Below are positions 56,656-64,000 of a DNA stretch of 64,000 nt, one piece after another. Every line of letters starts with the position of its first letter. Within the stretch, counting starts at the first letter, position 1. The DNA lies in contig BQFW01000014.1 of the NCBI GenBank assembly GCA_020891255.1, forward strand, positions 1,116,001 to 1,180,000. Reading direction: 5' to 3'. The translations under genes and the position numbers were made by a program. A model generated the notes under the pieces. The model did no database searches, was not told where the DNA came from, and saw only the letters and a program-made list of their open reading frames with translations. The DNA is from Entomortierella parvispora E1425 (taxonomy: Eukaryota > Fungi > Mortierellomycota).

Positions 56656-58505
56656 ATGCTGGACATCAATCTCTTCTTGGAGGATCGCGGAGGCGAGCCC
56701 GAGCTCATCCGTGAATCCCAGCGTCGCCGCCACGAGTCTGTCGAGCTCGTCGATGAGATCATTGCTCTCTACGACGACTGGAAGATCTGTATGTCTCACT
56801 CAATGTTTCCACTGACCCTGACCAACCTCAGATTCTTCATTCTGAAGCACGACGACCGTCCATGAAATGGTTTATCGAAGATAACGCAAGGATAGAGGAG
56901 AAAGGAACAAGACCATAGATCCAGGACTTCAGCTCCTTCAACCAGCCAGTCACACCGATCGAACCTCACATTAACACATCAATATCCTATACTTTTTTTA
57001 TCTGTAGGCCGTTTCACCATTGACCAATTGAACAAGAAGTCAAACGCCATCCAGAAGGAGATTGGAGCCAAGATGAAGGTATATCAAATGGAAATAGCGC
57101 CCCCTGTCCAATGCTGGCAGGTGCGCGCTCAAAAACTGGGATAAAGAGAATATGAAGCTCACCTACATTTTTCTCAATTGATAGGCCAAGCAGGATGCCA
57201 CTGCCGAGAAGGAGGCTCGCGCCGCCTGCAAGAAGGAGGCTGATGAGCTCGAGATTGACCTCAAGGCCAAGGAGGCCTTGTGGACCGCTAAGCTTGGATT
57301 GATTGGAAACTTGGTTCACGACTCTGTTCCCATCTCTGACAACGAGGTTCGTCCTGGAATTTATTGGTGGCGCAGCGAAGGTGCACCATGTAGACAGGAC
57401 ATTGTTGCTGACTCTTTCTGGTATGACTCATTGACAATAGGATAACAACGAGATTGTTCGCACCTACAACCACAACGATGTCGCCCCCGCTCACCAGCCC
57501 AAGATCTACTCTCACGATGAGGTCTTGTACCGTCTTGGAGGTTACGATCCCGAGCGTGGTCACAAGGTTGCCTCCCATCGTGGATACTTCTTGGTCAATG
57601 CTGGTGTTGAGCTTAACATGGCTCTTGTCAACTACGGTCTCAGCTTCTTGGGTAAGCGCAACTACACCAAGCTCCAGACCCCCTACTTCATGAAGAAGGA
57701 GGCCATGGCTCAGACCGCTCAGCTGTCCCAATTCGACGAGGAGTTGTACAAGGTCACTGGTGAGAACGAGGATATGTACTTGATCGCCACCTCTGAGCAG
57801 CCCATCTCTGCTTTCCACGCCAACGAGTGGTTCGAGCAGCCCAAGGAGCAGCTCCCTGTCAAGTATGCTGGTTACTCGACCTGCTTCCGCAAGGAGGCCG
57901 GTGCTGCTGGTCGTGACACCTGGGGAATTTTCCGTGTCCACCAGTTTGAGAAGGTTGAGCAGTTTTGCTTGACTGAGCCTGAGAAGTCTTGGGAGATGTT
58001 TGACCACATGATTGAGAACTCTGAGGACTTTTACAAGTCCTTGGGTCTTTCTTACCGTGTTGTCTCTATCGTCTCTGGAGCTTTGAACAACGCTGCCGCC
58101 AAGAAGTTCGACTTGGAGGCCTGGTTCCCCTTCCAGGGTGCTTACAAGGAGTTGGTCTCATGCTCCAACTGCACTGACTACCAGTCCCGCAACTTGGAGA
58201 TCCGCTGCGGAATCAAGAAGATGGGTGACCGTGAGAAGAAGTACGTCCACTGCTTGAACTCCACCTTGACTGCCACCACTCGCACCTTGTCCTGCATTCT
58301 TGAGAACTACCAGACGCCCGAGGGTGTCCGTGTTCCCGAGCCCCTGATCCCTTACATGGATGGACGTGACTTCTTGCCCTTCGTCCGCGACTTGAAGAAC
58401 CCCAAGGTAATATGTCGAGCTTGCTATGATGTGTCATGAGCAGCGTTCTTATATGGTCTGAACCTCATCTAACATGTGTCCTTTCACGTTTTAATATAGA
58501 AATAA
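56656..58505 (+). CDS. SES1: Cytosolic seryl-tRNA synthetase
   Basis: MLDINLF, IGNLVHDSVP, YLIATSEQP, motif 2 FRKEAG...GIFRVHQFEKVEQF, ELVSCSNCTDYQSR, HCLNSTL.ATTR. Confidence 0.97.
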
Positions 58506-59871
58506 GCGAAACGAGGATTGTACGATGATTTAGTGCCTGCTTTTGGCACAGAGGATGACCCTTGAACCATTGCACCCATTTGTTCCTGGGAGCGATTGGG
58601 AAATACTACCAATAAATTGTAGAAAAGGAACGCGTCAAGTCTAAATGAGGGTATGAATATGACAATACGACAAAGCCGGTGCAACCCTCTTTTGGGTAAT
58701 TGCAGCTATGTGTGATGGGCGCAGACGTAGGCGTAGTCAGCGGTCGTTTGTAGTTGAGACTTTGTCGGACTGACGCTTTTGGATCTGATAAGAAAGAGGG
58801 AAGAACAATAAAGTCATTGGCAAGTGTAGAGCGATTGGATCGGAAGAAGGCGAGCCGAGCCTTAAATGTCCGCCTTTAGCCTGTACGCCACGGTGTAGCG
58901 GGCAATTCAAGGCCATTGGAACCATAGCTCCACAAAGAGAAAAGAGGATCTGATAAAACAAACATTGAGGCAAATAAAAAACAGAGGGCTATCCCTGCTG
59001 CGCTGTTTGGCATGGCAGTCCGTTTTTGGTTTCAACCACGTTGCTCCTTGTTTTCTAGGTTTACTCCGCTGTACAGTAGTCGCTACCCAGAACCAGATCC
59101 TTGGCATCGTCAAGAAAGGGAAAAAACAAAAGGAAGGACCGGGCCAAAGTATCGCCGATCAAAGAACAACAGAGAAAAGCAAGAAAAAAAGAAGTGCGTT
59201 GCACAGATCATCAAGGTACCTGTCGTTGATGTGTCAGACTAAGAAACAATGCATTGTGCGACCATGCCATTTGATTTGACTAGCTTTGACACACTGACGT
59301 TGCGAAAGACGAAAAGAGAACGTGGTGTTGTGGCGTTCTGAGCAAAGTGTCAATTGACAGGGGCCTGTACGTTGACTATTTTCGGCTGAAGAATGATCTC
59401 TAAAGAAAAAGAACAAGGACATGTGAAGGGCTGGCTAGTAAAGATCTTCAAATGGTACGTAACCAGAGCTACAGCAGAGCAAGTCTGCGAGATGAACGCA
59501 TGCTCGATCGCTGTCTGCAGATCGAATCCAGCACCCGACAGGGTCCGACAGGAGGGCGGCGAATGAGCGAACGTGAATGCAGAGACCAGAGCAGCAGACG
59601 CGCAGCCAAATGAAAATGACTTGATCTGAGAGACAATTGGCAAAGGAAGCAAGTCACCCGTCTCTTCTTTTCTGCGCTTCTATTTAACATCTTGGCCTTT
59701 CCCTCTTCCCCTCTCTTCTCCATCCTCCCGGCTTGACCCTTCCCTGTCCCGCCTCGATCCTACCTTGTTTTTCCATTCACTCGCCTTCTTTCTCTGCAAC
59801 CTCAGTGTGCTCTTGCTCATCCCTGTAGAACTTCCCCCCTCCCCTCTCCTTTCAAAATAACGTCCACAGCC

Positions 59872-61655
59872 ATGGCCCAAGACGCCGTCGAAGACTACGA
59901 ATATGAGGCATTGCCCGAGAATTCTTCTCTCTCTGCCAGCTTGCTCGCCGGTGCCTTTGCTGGAATTGCTGAGCACGCCATCATGTACCCTGTCGACTCG
60001 ATCAAGGTAGAGGATCGCTGAACAGTCTGTGAAAATTCAAGACAAGGACGGGCGATCGATTCTCGATACCAAAAAAAAAAGGCTGGAGCAGGAAGACTGT
60101 CTTCTCCTTGTGGTTCTCCTTGTCCTTGGGACTCTTGGAACCATACATATGAGGAGGAGTCTCTTTGAGGATGGACGATCAGGAGCCACCTGGATTCGTT
60201 GGCGTGAGATGGCATCACTGCAAGGAGCAAGGCCAGCCAGATCAACCTGATGGGACACCTGGCCGACATGGATGTGTTTCATGTAGACAAGATGATCCCA
60301 TCTCAGAACAGAAGGGTTTTCTTATTTCTTCGTCTATACCAGGAATGAATGGATGTTTCTGTGTTTCATTTACTTTGGATTGGACAACCCCATCGGCAGA
60401 TGCAGGAAGCTCACAAAAAAAACTTTTTGTTCATGGGCGGGAAAAGAAGCTTTTTTTTTTTTTTTTTTCTATTCAGTCAAATAGAGATCGAAAAGGTTCC
60501 TTCATACTAAACCGACACTTTTTTCATGCATCTCTTGTAGACCAGAATGCAAATCCTCCAGCCAACACCTCAGGCTGTGTACAGCGGTGTGATCAATGCC
60601 CTTTCAAAGATCTCGACAACGGAGGGCCACAAGACGTTGTGGCGTGGAGTCAACTCTGTGATCTTGGGAGCAGGACCTGCTCATGCTCTCTACTTTGGAA
60701 CCTATGAATATGCCAAGCATGCCTTTGGAGGAAACGAGTCGGGACATCATCTCATTGCTGCCGGTAAGGAACGATTACCTCCCCCGAAAAAAGCCAAGCA
60801 ACTTCTTTGGAATCAACAACACTCGGGATCATGACGAGGAAATCCATCAACACCCACCGGGACAGGACTCTCCCACCAGCTAGGGAAAGAAAGGAGCAGA
60901 GACCGCGGGAAAAATACAATTGCACAATGGAGATAAGGATTCACGAGCAGAAATCTAGAAAGGCCAAAAAAAAAGTGGGCGACCGTGCGACACTTCGGAT
61001 TGGATGAGAGGAAATCGAGGGGGAGCTATCTTTTTGTCTCGAAAGGTTGTCCTAATTCTTTTCTTCTTTTCTTCTGTCTATTCTAGCCTCTGCTGGCGCC
61101 TGCGCTACAATTGCCAGTGATGCATTGATGAACCCATTTGACGTGATCAAGCAGCGGATGCAGGTCCATGGATCCGTATACACAAATGTCATGGACTGTG
61201 CTCGTAAAGTCTATGCTACTGAGGGCATGCGAGCCTTCTATATCTCATATCCTACTACGTTGACCATGACGATCCCCTTCCAGTCTCTCCAATTTGCGAC
61301 ATACGAGTACCTTCGCAAGGTTTTGAACCCCTCAGGACGCTATGATCCCATGACTCATATCACCGCTGGAGGCATTGCCGGTGCTGTCGCCGCTGCTGCA
61401 ACCACACCTCTCGACGTGGCCAAGACACTGCTCCAAACTCGAGGCGAGGCCACGGATGTGAGGATAAGAAACTGCAATGGTCTTGTGGAGGCCTTCAAGC
61501 TAATTTACCAGCGTCAAGGACTGGCTGGTTTTGGCAAGGGTCTTGGTCCTCGTGTTGTGAGTCACATGCCCTCAACTGCCATTTGCTGGAGCGTGTATGA
61601 ATATGGAAAGTGGTTCTTGAACAAGAGCAATTCTGAACCCGTACCCATGCATTAA
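59872..61655 (+). CDS. MRS3: Mitochondrial iron carrier (mitoferrin Mrs3/4)
   Basis: DYEYEALP, AGAFAGIAEHAIMYPVDSIK|TRMQ, LWRGVNSVILGAGPAHALYF, NPFDVIKQRMQ, YPTTLTMTIPF, TPLDVAKTLLQ. Confidence 0.93.
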
Positions 61656-61942
61656 AGTAGCCATCCCCTCTCATCTCCCTACTCATATATTTATTTCCTT
61701 TTCCTTTGACCTGTAATGTGCTTTTTTTTTGTTATTTCTCGTCTTGACCACTCTCCGCTTCTTGTATCATACACAAATAAGTTTTATATATAAAAAAAGA
61801 TCCCACATTCATCAATGGAGAGGGTGCTTCGGTACTTCATGACAAAATATATTACACTACATATGAATGGGTAAAAGCGAGGCGTTTTCAAATATCAAGT
61901 AAAACGTTCGATGGATAGATAGACACTATATAAAAAGGGGCC

Positions 61943-63700
61943 CTAGTTGGCCAACTTGAGCGCCCCTGACGCAGTCAAGGCATGGTAAAGATCCTCCAAA
62001 AGATCATCCACATCTTCAATGCCTACACAGAGGCGGATCAAATCCTCGGGCATGGCACGCTCTGCGCGAACTGCCGCTGGGATACTGGCGTGAGACATGC
62101 GACATGGCATACTATGAAAGAGATGGGACGCAGGCGATATTAGTTGTATATCCAACAATGACTACCGTGGCCAATAGAAATGGCAGCATCAATTGCATGG
62201 AGAGGGACCTTACCTGATAAGAGAGTTGACACAGCCAAAGCTTACACTGATACCCCAGAGACGAGTCAGCTCGACCAACTTCTCACTCAACTCCACATTA
62301 CCGGTTTCAAAGCTGAGGACAGCCCCTGGTCCACGGGACATCTTTGCGTGCAATTCGTATTGGGGGTGGGTCTTCAAACCAGGATAATGGACCTTGAACT
62401 TATGCGCTTGCAAAAAGTCGGCGATCTGAATGGCATTGGCTTGTTGACGGTCCATGCGCACAGCCAAAGTCTTCACACCTCTCATCAACAGCCAACAGTC
62501 GAAAGGTCCAAGTCCAACTCCAGTGGCATTGATTGTGAAGTAAATTTTCTAATGATCAGCAACAAACATGGTTAGCCAACTTGCATTTTGAGAAAGGGCG
62601 GCGATGCATATGCGCGCGCGAGATTTCATGCCACAGACGCAGATATGTTCAGTCTCTCACCTCGCCAATGGCATCATCCTTAACAGCAACAACTCCTGCC
62701 ATGAGATCGTGGTGCCCACTGAGGTATTTGGTTCCAGAGTGGTAAACGATGTCGGCACCCAATTCCAGGGGCTTTTGAAGGTAGGGAGACATCATGGTGT
62801 TATCAACGACGACAAGCGCGTTGGGGCATCGTTCGTGCACAATCTCGGAAATGCGAGGGATATCAGCGACCTTCATCAAGGGGTTGGTGGGTGTCTCGAG
62901 CAAGACCAATCGGGTCTTTTCAGAGAGGTAAGGGATGATGGTTTCTGAGTCGGTAGTATCGATGTGGTGTGTCTTGACATTGTTGTGTGTAGCCAAGAAG
63001 CTCAAGAGTCGGTTGGTGCCTATGTTGGAGCGAATCAGGTAATAAAAAAAGCGTTGAGGGACAAAGGCAAAGAAGGAGGATGGTGAGTATCGAATCGATG
63101 GGCGACGATTTCCCAATCAACAGTCCAAAGGCTGATCACATCATTTTAGAGCGAAAATTTCCCATGCGATCTATTCGCCGTGGGATCTGGTTTTGGTGTG
63201 TTGTGTGGGTTTCTTACCTCCGTAAAGGTCGTTTCCGGCAATGACTTCCTCACCCGCCTTGACAAGACGAGTGATGACATCCAAGGCAGTCATACCGCTG
63301 TTGACCGCAAAGGCTCTCTTTGCAGACATGATCTTGGCCAAGTGGTTTTCTATTGAAGGAGAAGGAATATGACGATCAGCTACCGAGCCTTGATGCAAGT
63401 GACTCTTTTTTTTTGTCCTGCGCCCGTCGGTCGGAGTAAAGAAACAGGTGCAGGGAGTGCAAAATGGACGTGTAGGGAGGGCTAGGACGACCTACCGACG
63501 TGGGAGCGAGTGGGGTTGCCCGAGCGGGAGTAGTCATACTCGCCCATCTGTGTTGAAGATGACTGCTTGAAGGTCGCTGTTTGGTAGATGGGCATGGAGG
63601 CTGCATTGTAGCTGTCCTTGGGACCCTTGCCATCAGAGTTGTCGACATAGACGAGCTCTGTGGCGGGTCTGTACTTGATACGGGTGGTGGAGTCAACCAT
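61943..63700 (-). CDS. STR3: Cystathionine beta-lyase (Cys/Met metabolism PLP enzyme)
   Basis: PIYQTATFKQ, YDYSRSGNPTR, LETPTNP, VVDNTMMSP, YHSGTKYLSGHHD (PLP Lys), ISVSFGCVNSLI, SHASIP, IRLCVGIED. Confidence 0.92.
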
Positions 63701-64000
63701 GGTGATATGTGAGTGTCTGCTGTGAGGGAGGAAAGAGAAAGAGAGCGAGTCCAGGAGCAGTTAGGTCGGTGTAGTGGGGAAAGAGAAGAGAGGAGGATGT
63801 GGTTGAAGAACAAAAGAGGTGAGACAGCCAGCCAGCCAGCCAGCCTATATCTCAGAATCAAGGTTCTCCACAGGTGCTCCCCACCGCTGCGAGTCATCGG
63901 CCATCACCCGCTCGCGCCATTTTGGACATTTCACAAGTCACGTTTTTGAGAACATCGGGCAGATATTACACCCTTAAGACACCAAGGGAGTGACTGCTCT

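Noticed and set aside
1485-58505. Possible functional clustering of ribosome/translation genes (ZNF277, YbeY, RLI1, JMJD4, NOPCHAP1, SES1) or metal/mitochondrial genes (ATX1, MIX17, COX18, MRS3)
   Set aside because: They are scattered among unrelated housekeeping genes with no shared motif seen, which is expected by chance in a compact genome.
1-64000. tRNA, rRNA or CRISPR arrays
   Set aside because: I saw no cloverleaf or T-loop consensus in a tRNA context, no rRNA-like sequence and no repeat-spacer arrays. Small RNAs could be missed by eye.

Overview
Gene-dense, intron-containing genomic DNA from an early-diverging fungus. Gene style and content suggest Mortierellaceae/Mucoromycota, which is an inference. 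About 29 mostly housekeeping genes are present: ZNF277, KIN28/CDK7, YbeY, an MFS transporter, ATX1, a nucleoside hydrolase, RLI1/ABCE1, NDUFA12, an EI24-like gene, LSM8, NC2-alpha, UGD, a P4H-like oxygenase, JMJD4, a CHORD protein, VAM7, an RVxF-ankyrin protein, MIX17, NUP84, COX18, NOPCHAP1, SES1, MRS3/4 and STR3, plus a few orphans. The standout is a ~6.16 kb element at 9434-15594, bounded by a 16-bp inverted repeat (15/16 match) and lying between the divergent ATX1 and nucleoside hydrolase genes. By my manual splicing it carries one 5-exon gene (one intron is GC-AG) encoding ~1705 aa. The protein fuses an N-terminal FEN1/XPG-type PIN nuclease domain to a C-terminal TnpB/Fanzor-type RuvC plus Zn-finger nuclease with an intact D-E-D triad. 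A ~110-nt hairpin-containing 3' segment follows, where an omegaRNA scaffold would be expected. No DDE, HUH or tyrosine-recombinase transposase is recognisable in the element. All product calls come from motif recognition by eye; no database search was run.
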